Below, one piece after another: positions 29,006-37,057 of a stretch of DNA of 64,000 bases. The notes beneath the pieces were generated by a model. It was not told the DNA's origin, ran no database searches, and saw only the letters and a list, made by a program, of their open reading frames with translations. The stretch's first letter is position 1. Each line of letters opens with the position of its first letter. The translations under genes and the position numbers were made by a program. Origin of the DNA: a virus; IMG/VR virus record IMGVR_UViG_3300017957_000012, positions 1-64,000 of that record. One strand, 5' to 3'.

Positions 29006-29419
29006 TTAAAGTACGGGATCCCAATGAGCAGGCCGACCACGATCTATATTCGTGTCGATTAAATTTGCGCGCTTATCGCTTACTGTAGTTTCCAACGCAG
29101 CTACTTGACTTTCTCCAAGCTTCGTCTTTATCCATGCTACAACATCATCTTTAGGAAGTTGATCAATCGGTGTAAATGCATCACCGGGTGGATCGAGCTT
29201 AATAGATCCGTGTACTGTAACGCCATTCTCGATTGTTTTAGTTTTAGTAGGATCTATGATCATTAAATTTTCATCTAAATTATCAGTTTCATCGGGTACA
29301 ATCATATCATACCAAGCAATAAGTTTATAGAATACTTCTAAAATAACGTTTTCTAATTCACCGCTTACTTTAGCGTATTTTATTTGTTCAATTTCCCATG
29401 TAATTTCTTCGCGTGCCAT
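29006..29419 (-). CDS. Small fibre-associated protein, paralogue of 10129 and 10468
   Basis: Start MAREEITWEI at 29419 (SD GAGG); FTPIDQLPKDDVVAWIK. Confidence 0.6.
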   Translation of the reverse strand: MAREEITWEIEQIKYAKVSGELENVILEVFYKLIAWYDMIVPDETDNLDENLMIIDPTKTKTIENGVTVHGSIKLDPPGDAFTPIDQLPKDDVVAWIKTKLGESQVAALETTVSDKRANLIDTNIDRGRPAHWDPVL

Positions 29420-29430
29420 TTTAATTCCTC

Positions 29431-29958
29431 TTAAGCTGCTATAAACTCGAAATCGAGTGCTATCCATTCTCTATTTTGATTTCCAGATCCAAACCACCTA
29501 ATATTTCCACTCGTATCTACTATAAGATTTTCAGGTCCGTCTGCGGATACACTACCCTGATTGTGCGGCCAGGACATATTCGGGCCCGTCATTGCAGGAA
29601 ACATAAGTGTTCTTCCTGGCCTATATCCCGTCGGTAATGTATAAACTATTTCTTCACTCATCGATCCTGGCGTGTAATTTAATCGAGAACCAGTGCCACC
29701 ATAAGTTGAATCACTATTTGGATATGTAGATATTAATCCTTGCACCTTTACAATATTTTGGTGTTTTGCGTAGCCAGGTGTGAATTGTGTTGTAGAATAA
29801 TATCCAAAATATCCCGTTAAAAAATTAGGGAACTGTTGGTATCCAAACGTGCCAAAACTCGATCCGCTAAACGCAATCCATGGCGAGTTACTTGCAGTAA
29901 TTCCTCCACTAATATTAAAACTACTAATAGAAGAAGATGTAAGTTGTAAGTTAGCCAT
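29431..29958 (-). CDS. Receptor-binding head-like protein 3 (MANL triad)
   Basis: MANL start; V.VQGLI...YTLPTGYRP motif of phage RBP head domains. Confidence 0.65.
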   Translation of the reverse strand: MANLQLTSSSISSFNISGGITASNSPWIAFSGSSFGTFGYQQFPNFLTGYFGYYSTTQFTPGYAKHQNIVKVQGLISTYPNSDSTYGGTGSRLNYTPGSMSEEIVYTLPTGYRPGRTLMFPAMTGPNMSWPHNQGSVSADGPENLIVDTSGNIRWFGSGNQNREWIALDFEFIAA

Positions 29959-30470
29959 TACTCACCCGCCCAAAAAGAAAAATTGATACTCATTGGTTGA
30001 TTACCTGGATGTGGACATCCATAATCATTTGGAGTACTTCCGCTAATTTCATCGGGTCTAACCAGCCCGGTGCTAAAAATCCTCCAACGATATCTTATCC
30101 GATTACTATTAATTGGTCCGCCGCTAACAATTGGATACACCGCAATTGATGTGCCGCCCGATCCGTCCTGGTGCTGTGGCCTGTATCCCATCGGAAATTG
30201 CCACACGTCTAGATAGGGGGGATCATTACCGGCGGAAGAATATTTTATTATACCTTCGACAAAAACGGTTCCATCTATTTTTGTGTATCGAGGTGCGACA
30301 TTTGCTCCGCTATTCCACAACGCAGAATTAGTTGTAGAATATGGATCGTTACTAAAAGCAGTCCAGTTATTCAAAGGAGTTATAGAGGTCCATAGCGCGC
30401 TATAAGTTGTGGTCGCTGGATCTGATATATACACAGGTCCCGTTACATTAACAGCAACTAGATTAGCCAT
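29958..30470 (-). CDS. Receptor-binding head-like protein 2 (MANL triad)
   Basis: True start MANLVAV at 30470 (TAATG overlap); PRYTKIDGTVFVEG...QFPMGYRP. Confidence 0.65.
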   Translation of the reverse strand: MANLVAVNVTGPVYISDPATTTYSALWTSITPLNNWTAFSNDPYSTTNSALWNSGANVAPRYTKIDGTVFVEGIIKYSSAGNDPPYLDVWQFPMGYRPQHQDGSGGTSIAVYPIVSGGPINSNRIRYRWRIFSTGLVRPDEISGSTPNDYGCPHPGNQPMSINFSFWAGE

Positions 30471-31048
30471 TATACAGTTCCCGCCCAATATCTCACTAAA
30501 ACTGTAGTCCAAGAATTATTATTTGCAATTGTATAAGCAGTTCCACTTGATAAGTTTCCCGAGTTATTAGGGGCATTACCCCCAAGCGTATCGGCACCAG
30601 TTGGGCCAGTGAATGCTTTTACAGAGCCATTACTTCCGCTGATTCGTATTTCAATCGCGCCTTCGTGTCTTATGTTATCGCCACCGAATGAATTAGTATC
30701 ACCTGCGACTCGAAGCATACCTGTCGTAATAATAGTATCATATGGTGGTGGTCTAACAGCTCCTGAATTTGCGTATCCGGTTGGTCTATAACCCACGGGT
30801 AAAGTATAAATGACTCGACTTGATACAAAGCCTGGTGCTGAGGTTTCTGCTATCCCATCTAATTGAATAGCTAAATCAACCCAATCTCCAAATTTCCGGG
30901 CAGATAAATTAGCGCTGAGATTCGTAAAATTACCCCAAGGATCTTGTTGCGGATACTCTTGTTGATCGCTGCTCAAACCGGCCGGCACTGAAAACACAGT
31001 ACCATAAGTAAATCCAGTAACAGTTGTGCCTGATAAAAGATTAGCCAT
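30470..31048 (-). CDS. Receptor-binding head-like protein 1 (MANL triad)
   Basis: MANLLSG; ARKFGDWVDL...YTLPVGYRP. Confidence 0.65.
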   Translation of the reverse strand: MANLLSGTTVTGFTYGTVFSVPAGLSSDQQEYPQQDPWGNFTNLSANLSARKFGDWVDLAIQLDGIAETSAPGFVSSRVIYTLPVGYRPTGYANSGAVRPPPYDTIITTGMLRVAGDTNSFGGDNIRHEGAIEIRISGSNGSVKAFTGPTGADTLGGNAPNNSGNLSSGTAYTIANNNSWTTVLVRYWAGTV

Positions 31049-34000
31049 TCTTTTCTAAGTCCTCGATTCTTTTCTCAAGCTTTTGAATGTGATCAATCAA
31101 ATATGGAATGAGCCTCGAGTATTGAAGACCTTCTGGATTTCCTTCTTCATTATAACTAACAACATTGGTACATACTTCTGCAACTTCTTCTGCAATCAAG
31201 CCCGGAATATCTTTTCCGCCCGAGTCTTTCTCGTCATATAAGACGGGTCTCAACTGCGGGATTATTGAAGCGTCTAGGTCTCTTACATTTTCTTTATATC
31301 TAATGGATGAAAGCTCAGTAATTGTTCCGCCGACATAGAGATCACTTGCAATACCTACACCACCATCGACAATAAGAGCACCAGTAGTAGCAGAAGTAGA
31401 GTTTGTAGTATCTTCTACCTCTACTTGCGTAGCAAATTTAGCAATGTTCAGAACTTGATTATGCTCTAGTACCTCTACATTGTTATTATAAAGTCTTATA
31501 GTTGTGCCACCTACGCCACCATTTGAACACTGAAGACCCGTAGTGCTCGGCGTTGAGAAATAGTATCCAGTTGAAGATCCTGAAGTTGCATAATCTACAG
31601 TAAGTGTTCCGTTAAATTCAAAGCTTGCGTCTGAAGAAGACCCGAGACTATCAATAAATATGGACTCAAATCGAGAATATTCGCCAGTAGTAGGGGTATT
31701 GTTTGCCAGCACTTTTAAAAGCTGTTGCCCGTTTGTTCCACCGGTGAGGAATGTTTCAAATCTACCAACTTCTTGCTCACTAGCAACTGCGGTACTTTTT
31801 CTTACATGGAAAGGAGCTAGAGGTGTTACACCAATACCAACCTCGCCGCCAGACTTAATGCGCATAGCCTCTGTTTGTGCGTTATTTAAAACGGGTGAGA
31901 AAACTAGAGCAACATCTCTACTTGCACTGGTGCTAAAGTCTGCATTTTCTTTTTTACCAAATATTAAGGCACCATTACCTCTCGAATCTGGTGATAAGAA
32001 TAACGATGCAGTTTGCGTTGTGGTGTTAGAGTTGTCCGTATTGTAAAGACGAATTTGTGCAGAGCCACCGGTCGCTTCTTCTCTTATATCTAATTTGGAA
32101 ACAGGTGCATGAGTTCCAATTGCTACATCACCGTTATCTTGAATAGTAAAGAGAGTGTCAGCACTATTGGTTTTTACTCCAAAAACCCTGTTCGTTTGAT
32201 CGTTGTCAGAGTCAATATTAAATAAGAGTGACTCTAGCGCATCTATTTGTATACCGTCTGCAGCATTAAAACTTAAACCACCTACTGTTATTGCGTCTGT
32301 AGTTGAACTACCTCGTCCAGTCACAGTAGCAAGTGTATCTGCTTCAGCAGTTAAGTATGATTGTAAGTCTGTAATCTGAGACTCAGTAATTCTAATATCT
32401 GTTTGATGCTGAGTTACGTCTGTATTCGAAACAGATGTGAGATAACTCGACAAATCGGGTGGTGTAAAGATAAGCGCTGTATTACCAGAATCGTATGCAA
32501 GGCCCGCAGTTCCTGGCGAAGCATTTGAAACAGTAAGATCAGTCGAAAGATTACCCGTTCCTAAAATATTATTTGTTGGAGTCGATCCATAGATTACAAA
32601 TGTGAACGGCGAGAATGTGCTTGGGGTACGACTTTGTGTGTCATCATAGAAACCCGCCGTAAAACCATTTACTGTTTTATTAGAGATTTCAACGAAGTAG
32701 TTATCGAAAACATCACAATCGGTAATAACTGCATAGTTAGTATCAGGTTGAGCACTATCAAATGTAAAGTCGAACGTATAATTAGATCCATTCCAGTTTG
32801 ACCAGCTAATTCCTGTACCAGAGCCATTCGATGTGCTATTAACAACAGCAAATGCAAACGGTGCAATCACACTTGAGGTAGCACCAGAATTGACTTTCCA
32901 CGTAGAGGTACCATTATCATATGCAAGTATAGATCCATCAACCGCACCTGTTGTATCTACATCGCTGAGAACACTTACAGAATCGGTAGTCTCAACCATG
33001 TTAGCAATATCGCTATCATTTGCTAGTTTATTCCAGCTACCACTATGAGCAAAATACATTGCACCATCGGCATGACTGTGAGCAATCGCACCATGATAAG
33101 TCGAAGCATTAGGGAATGCTGCTTGATTAGCATAAAGGAATGGAATGATCGCTGTTGTGGTAGTAGAGTTTCCTCTCTGTATTACATCGTCAAGAGTAGA
33201 AGACTCAGTATAAGTTGTAAGGTATGGTTGCAAATCACTTATCTGGGATTCAGTAATCGTTAACGCTGCTTCATGCTGAGTTACGTTATTTGCAGAAACC
33301 GTTTGATCGAGTAATTGGCCAACAGCATCGAGAGTTGCCGTACCAGAAGGCTGACCTTTTTCTGCAGTATAAACTGGATCGACTTCAGCAGTCAAATAAG
33401 CTTGCAAGTCAGTAATCTGAGACTCAGTAATTCTAATATCTGAATTATGTTGAGTAACATCAGTGTTTGAAACGCTTGTCAAATAACGACCTTCTAAATT
33501 AGTAATAACTGTCGTGTTATCTGACCGAGTAAGAGTCAAGTCTCCGTTGTTTACATTAAACGCACCTGTAGTAATACGAGTTAAGTTTGTATCATCAAAT
33601 AAAGGATTGAAGTTAACTGTAAATGTAGATGCGTCATCTCTCACAAATGTTGCGATGCCTGTATTAGCGTCAAGCGTACCACTCACTAATCGAGCCAAGT
33701 TAGTGTCATCGACTGCCCAACTGAGATCGACTGCATTAACTGCACCTGTCTCGTCTGTAAAGCGAAGTTCTTGACTTACACTATTAGCCGTAAGAACTGT
33801 CGTCGTTTCAGAAGTGAGGTATGCTTGTAAATCTGTAATTTGAGATTCAGTAATTCTCAAATCAGCCTGGTGTTGTGTAACATCAGTATTCGATACACCA
33901 AGATCTGTGATTTGGCTTTGAGTAATACGAATGTCAGACTGATGTTGCGTTACGTCAGTGTTCGAGACTGAGAGAAGATATGGTCTCAAATCAGTAATCT

Positions 34001-35093
34001 GAGACTCAGTAATTCTCAAATCAGTTTGGTGTTGAGTAACGTCTGTGTTTGATACGTTAAAGTCTACAATTTGACTTTGGTTAATTCGTATGTCAGACTG
34101 ATGCTGAGTTACGTCTGTATTTGATACTGCCGTGAGGTAAGCTTGTAAGTCTCCGATTTGATTTTCGAAGATGATAAGGTTACCTTCATATTGTACGACA
34201 GCAGATTGAGAAATAAACTGATCTGGAACTGTGTCCCAAGTTACGTTCGCGGTTAGATCGTTGATTTCACCGGCTGTAGTAATATAGTTCGCATCATTGG
34301 TCCATTGACTAATATTACCGGTCTTATTCGTAAAGTTCATTGCATTATTAGGTAATGCATAACCCTGTAGGTCAGTAATCTGAGACTCAGTAATTCGAAT
34401 ATCTGAGTTATGTTGTGTAACGTCCGTATTCGAAACAGAAAGAAGATATGGTCTCAAGTCAGTAATCTGAGATTCGACTATACGAATATCTGAATTATGT
34501 TGAGTGACGTCAGTGTTTGACACATAGAAATCTGTGACTTGAGATTGTAAAATACGAATGTCAGATTGGTGTTGTGTGACATCAGTATTAGATACGAACG
34601 TCAAATAACCTACGTTATTTTGAAGTGTACTAATGTTTCTACCTGGCTGCAATGCAGAATCAGCGAGAGCACCTTGTGCAGCAGTCGCTGCGTCTGTAAT
34701 TCCATATCCAGCAAGTGTAGTCGGTGTAGACGTCAAATCCCCAAAAGAAACAGACGTCAAATAATTTTGCAAATCACTAATTTGTGATTCTGTAATAGTG
34801 ATTCCTGTCTCGTGTTGAGTTACATCTGCAAGAGTAACAGTATAATCAGTAATATAGCCAGGATCATTTGTGAATGCACTGAGTAATGTAGGAACACCCG
34901 TTAAACTTGCATATTGGCCATCGAAATTTTCTCCGATTTCAATAACATCTTCAATACCATTTTGAACTGTTTTAAAAAATAGCTTACCGTCATAAGTATT
35001 GAGAGCAATTTCGCCTTCGAATAAATCTTCTGTAGTTGGGCGTCTATCTACTACGTTACTTCTTTTATGTAGATAAGTGAATGGACTTGACAT
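31041..35093 (-). CDS. Tail fibre: Mtd-N-like N-terminus, SNTDVTQH repeats, C-terminal S74 chaperone
   Basis: KRSNVVDRRPTTEDLFEGEIALNTYDGKLFFK; ELSSIRYKENV...GLIAEEV. Confidence 0.8.
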   Translation of the reverse strand: MSSPFTYLHKRSNVVDRRPTTEDLFEGEIALNTYDGKLFFKTVQNGIEDVIEIGENFDGQYASLTGVPTLLSAFTNDPGYITDYTVTLADVTQHETGITITESQISDLQNYLTSVSFGDLTSTPTTLAGYGITDAATAAQGALADSALQPGRNISTLQNNVGYLTFVSNTDVTQHQSDIRILQSQVTDFYVSNTDVTQHNSDIRIVESQITDLRPYLLSVSNTDVTQHNSDIRITESQITDLQGYALPNNAMNFTNKTGNISQWTNDANYITTAGEINDLTANVTWDTVPDQFISQSAVVQYEGNLIIFENQIGDLQAYLTAVSNTDVTQHQSDIRINQSQIVDFNVSNTDVTQHQTDLRITESQITDLRPYLLSVSNTDVTQHQSDIRITQSQITDLGVSNTDVTQHQADLRITESQITDLQAYLTSETTTVLTANSVSQELRFTDETGAVNAVDLSWAVDDTNLARLVSGTLDANTGIATFVRDDASTFTVNFNPLFDDTNLTRITTGAFNVNNGDLTLTRSDNTTVITNLEGRYLTSVSNTDVTQHNSDIRITESQITDLQAYLTAEVDPVYTAEKGQPSGTATLDAVGQLLDQTVSANNVTQHEAALTITESQISDLQPYLTTYTESSTLDDVIQRGNSTTTTAIIPFLYANQAAFPNASTYHGAIAHSHADGAMYFAHSGSWNKLANDSDIANMVETTDSVSVLSDVDTTGAVDGSILAYDNGTSTWKVNSGATSSVIAPFAFAVVNSTSNGSGTGISWSNWNGSNYTFDFTFDSAQPDTNYAVITDCDVFDNYFVEISNKTVNGFTAGFYDDTQSRTPSTFSPFTFVIYGSTPTNNILGTGNLSTDLTVSNASPGTAGLAYDSGNTALIFTPPDLSSYLTSVSNTDVTQHQTDIRITESQITDLQSYLTAEADTLATVTGRGSSTTDAITVGGLSFNAADGIQIDALESLLFNIDSDNDQTNRVFGVKTNSADTLFTIQDNGDVAIGTHAPVSKLDIREEATGGSAQIRLYNTDNSNTTTQTASLFLSPDSRGNGALIFGKKENADFSTSASRDVALVFSPVLNNAQTEAMRIKSGGEVGIGVTPLAPFHVRKSTAVASEQEVGRFETFLTGGTNGQQLLKVLANNTPTTGEYSRFESIFIDSLGSSSDASFEFNGTLTVDYATSGSSTGYYFSTPSTTGLQCSNGGVGGTTIRLYNNNVEVLEHNQVLNIAKFATQVEVEDTTNSTSATTGALIVDGGVGIASDLYVGGTITELSSIRYKENVRDLDASIIPQLRPVLYDEKDSGGKDIPGLIAEEVAEVCTNVVSYNEEGNPEGLQYSRLIPYLIDHIQKLEKRIEDLEKNG
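32350..34850 (-). repeat. Nine dispersed/tandem VSNTDVTQH..D.RI.[EQ]SQI.D repeats plus degenerate copies
   Basis: Counted in the translation; near-identical DNA such as gtaatctgagactcagtaattc recurs. Confidence 0.85.
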
Positions 35094-35108
35094 TTACTTT
35101 TCCTCTAA

Positions 35109-35507
35109 TTAAAAAGTGCCACCGTCACCAACGCCATCAGAAGGCAATTGATTGACTGAACTTGGAGTATAGGTTGTTGTGTCAGTGATAGTACCGACTA
35201 CGATAGCGAGACCTTCAGCGATCTTAGAAATTTCACCGGTTGGCTTTTCCATCAACACGTCGTATTGATATTTGCCGGGCTTGAGGTTCACTGTGATTTC
35301 GTCAGGAAGAACAAGCGTGACATCATTTGTGTCCGGACCTTTCTCAATATCAAAGTCCGTTATCTTAGTCGTAGAATATAACTTTCGCATAGTAGCAAAA
35401 ATGTTATAGTTATCTACGTCTAACTCATCATTGTCAGCATCAAAAAGTTCTAGGCTGACTCGAAAATCAGCACCCTGATCGATGTAAATATTTGCTCTAG
35501 AAGACAT
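35109..35507 (-). CDS. Small BppU-like virion adaptor protein ending in DGGTF
   Basis: ANIYIDQGADF...MRK.Y...LKPGKYQYDV...EG, a pattern common in T4-like marine phages. Confidence 0.65.
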   Translation of the reverse strand: MSSRANIYIDQGADFRVSLELFDADNDELDVDNYNIFATMRKLYSTTKITDFDIEKGPDTNDVTLVLPDEITVNLKPGKYQYDVLMEKPTGEISKIAEGLAIVVGTITDTTTYTPSSVNQLPSDGVGDGGTF

Positions 35508-35525
35508 GTTAATTCCTTTTTTCTC

Positions 35526-35533
35526 TATTTATA
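35526..35533 (-). promoter_or_regulatory. T4-type late promoter TATAAATA
   Basis: Exact consensus immediately after the terminator, upstream of 35507. Confidence 0.8.
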
Positions 35534-35553
35534 ATTCTTCGGATAAAGGAATC

Positions 35554-35577
35554 AAAAGAAAGGGGCCGAAGCCCCTA
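35554..35577 (-). terminator. Rho-independent terminator with cUUCGg tetraloop
   Basis: Minus strand AGGGGC-TTCG-GCCCCT-TTCTTTT. Confidence 0.9.
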
Positions 35578-35580
35578 TCA

Positions 35581-36387
35581 TCATTCTGTAGCGTCAAGTG
35601 TAGTATTTGCTGGTGTTAAATCTTCTTCTGTGATTCCAGCCAATGTCATATATTCTTGAACGAATGAAGATGAAAAATCGTGTGCATCAATTTTAGCATT
35701 AACTGCAGCTTCTGCATCAAAGCACATTTGGACTTGTCTAAAAATAAGATTAGAAATTTCTATTACTTCTTCATTAGACAATTGAATCCAAGTAACATTA
35801 CCTGTTTGAGCGTCAATAGCTTTCCACGACGATGTTGGTTCTCGTAAACCAGCATTAGCAGCGACTCGTGCGTTTGACCATCGAGCTTGATCTAATTCAC
35901 CCATCATAAAAACGAATTCTGTTCCATCGGACTTAGTCCAACGAACACCTAATTGCTCGTATCCCCACCTATCTGACGCAGCTTTTTCTTTATGATTGTT
36001 TATTTTATGTTCTAAATCTTTAGGTTGAACAGTTAGCTGTAACGTTTGTGTACCATCTTCTGCTTCTACGAGTGTTTGAACTAAATCTTCATTTTCTTGG
36101 TCAACGTATGGAAGTGGATCAGTCGTAAACGTTTGTGGGATGTCTATTCTCGTAGAAAGGTCTACGTTACCAGAAGGTTCGAACGCATCTAAATCAGCCC
36201 ACATAGCAAATACAGTTTGCGCGTTTAAAATAATTTCTTTTTTAATTTTTTCGTCGTTCCACTCGCCGGGAGGTATACCCACTCTGAGGACTACGTTGTC
36301 TGCTCGATCAATTCCTCGGGCATATAATACCACGACGTGGTTTTCTCTTTCGTCTTCTTTAAGAATAGTGTAAGTATATTCACTCAT
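35581..36387 (-). CDS. Tail fibre assembly protein (DUF4376-like C-terminal half)
   Basis: RW.YEQ.GV...WKA.D...W..LSNEE...I......VQ.CFDAE. Confidence 0.55.
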   Translation of the reverse strand: MSEYTYTILKEDERENHVVVLYARGIDRADNVVLRVGIPPGEWNDEKIKKEIILNAQTVFAMWADLDAFEPSGNVDLSTRIDIPQTFTTDPLPYVDQENEDLVQTLVEAEDGTQTLQLTVQPKDLEHKINNHKEKAASDRWGYEQLGVRWTKSDGTEFVFMMGELDQARWSNARVAANAGLREPTSSWKAIDAQTGNVTWIQLSNEEVIEISNLIFRQVQMCFDAEAAVNAKIDAHDFSSSFVQEYMTLAGITEEDLTPANTTLDATE

Positions 36388-36402
36388 AATAATTAAACCC
36401 CG

Positions 36403-37041
36403 TTAAATCTGTAATATATATGTCTGTGCTGCGTACGCACGACCATAGCTTGTTCGATATCTTTGGCTTACATTTACTGCCATGTTTGTACTTTGATAGC
36501 CATAATAAAGATAGCGATTACTGCCAGTTGAAGCATATGACCCAGTACTCGTGGCATTAGCCCAATTCGTATATGAGCCCGAAAGAAAACCAGATGACCA
36601 TCCTCTTGCTTGCGCGGCCGCGAAGGCAAAAGTTCTATTTCCATAAAGATAAGACGCACCGCGTACAGCGGCCCATCCAAGATAATATCCACCGTAGGAA
36701 ATCCAACCAACTTCTGCTTGTCCTGAAAATGTAGCGCCTTGGCAAACCGGTGTAGTATAGCTTGCAAAAAATCGCGTATTATATGCACCAGGGGTGGAAT
36801 AGAAAACCCCGTTGTTCTGGTTCCAACTATCCTCGCTCATACGATACTCAAAGCCACTTGCTCGAGCACCGTAAAAATTACTAAACGCTATAGTCCCACT
36901 TGTTGGAATATTCAGATTATAACCGTTAGTAGAAACAAGCCCACCGTTGCGATAGTATTCGCTAATTGAATGAGGAGTGCCACCGCCGAATTCGCCGGCT
37001 ATATCTAAGAGACTTATGGCACCACTTGTTTGTAAAGGCAT
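36403..37041 (-). CDS. Fibre-tip adhesin (functional analogue of T-even gp38)
   Basis: MPLQTSGAISLLDIAGEFGG..PHSISEYYR.G...IPTSG.I.FSNFYG N-terminus, typical after S74 fibres; Tyr/Gly/Ser-rich C-terminal domain. Confidence 0.65.
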   Translation of the reverse strand: MPLQTSGAISLLDIAGEFGGGTPHSISEYYRNGGLVSTNGYNLNIPTSGTIAFSNFYGARASGFEYRMSEDSWNQNNGVFYSTPGAYNTRFFASYTTPVCQGATFSGQAEVGWISYGGYYLGWAAVRGASYLYGNRTFAFAAAQARGWSSGFLSGSYTNWANATSTGSYASTGSNRYLYYGYQSTNMAVNVSQRYRTSYGRAYAAQTYILQI

Positions 37042-37057
37042 ATTCTACTCATACTCA

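Noticed and set aside
21168-35093. Diversity-generating retroelement suggested by the Mtd-N-like domains
   Set aside because: No reverse transcriptase and no TR/VR pair differing at adenines seen in this window; the N-domain alone is not diagnostic
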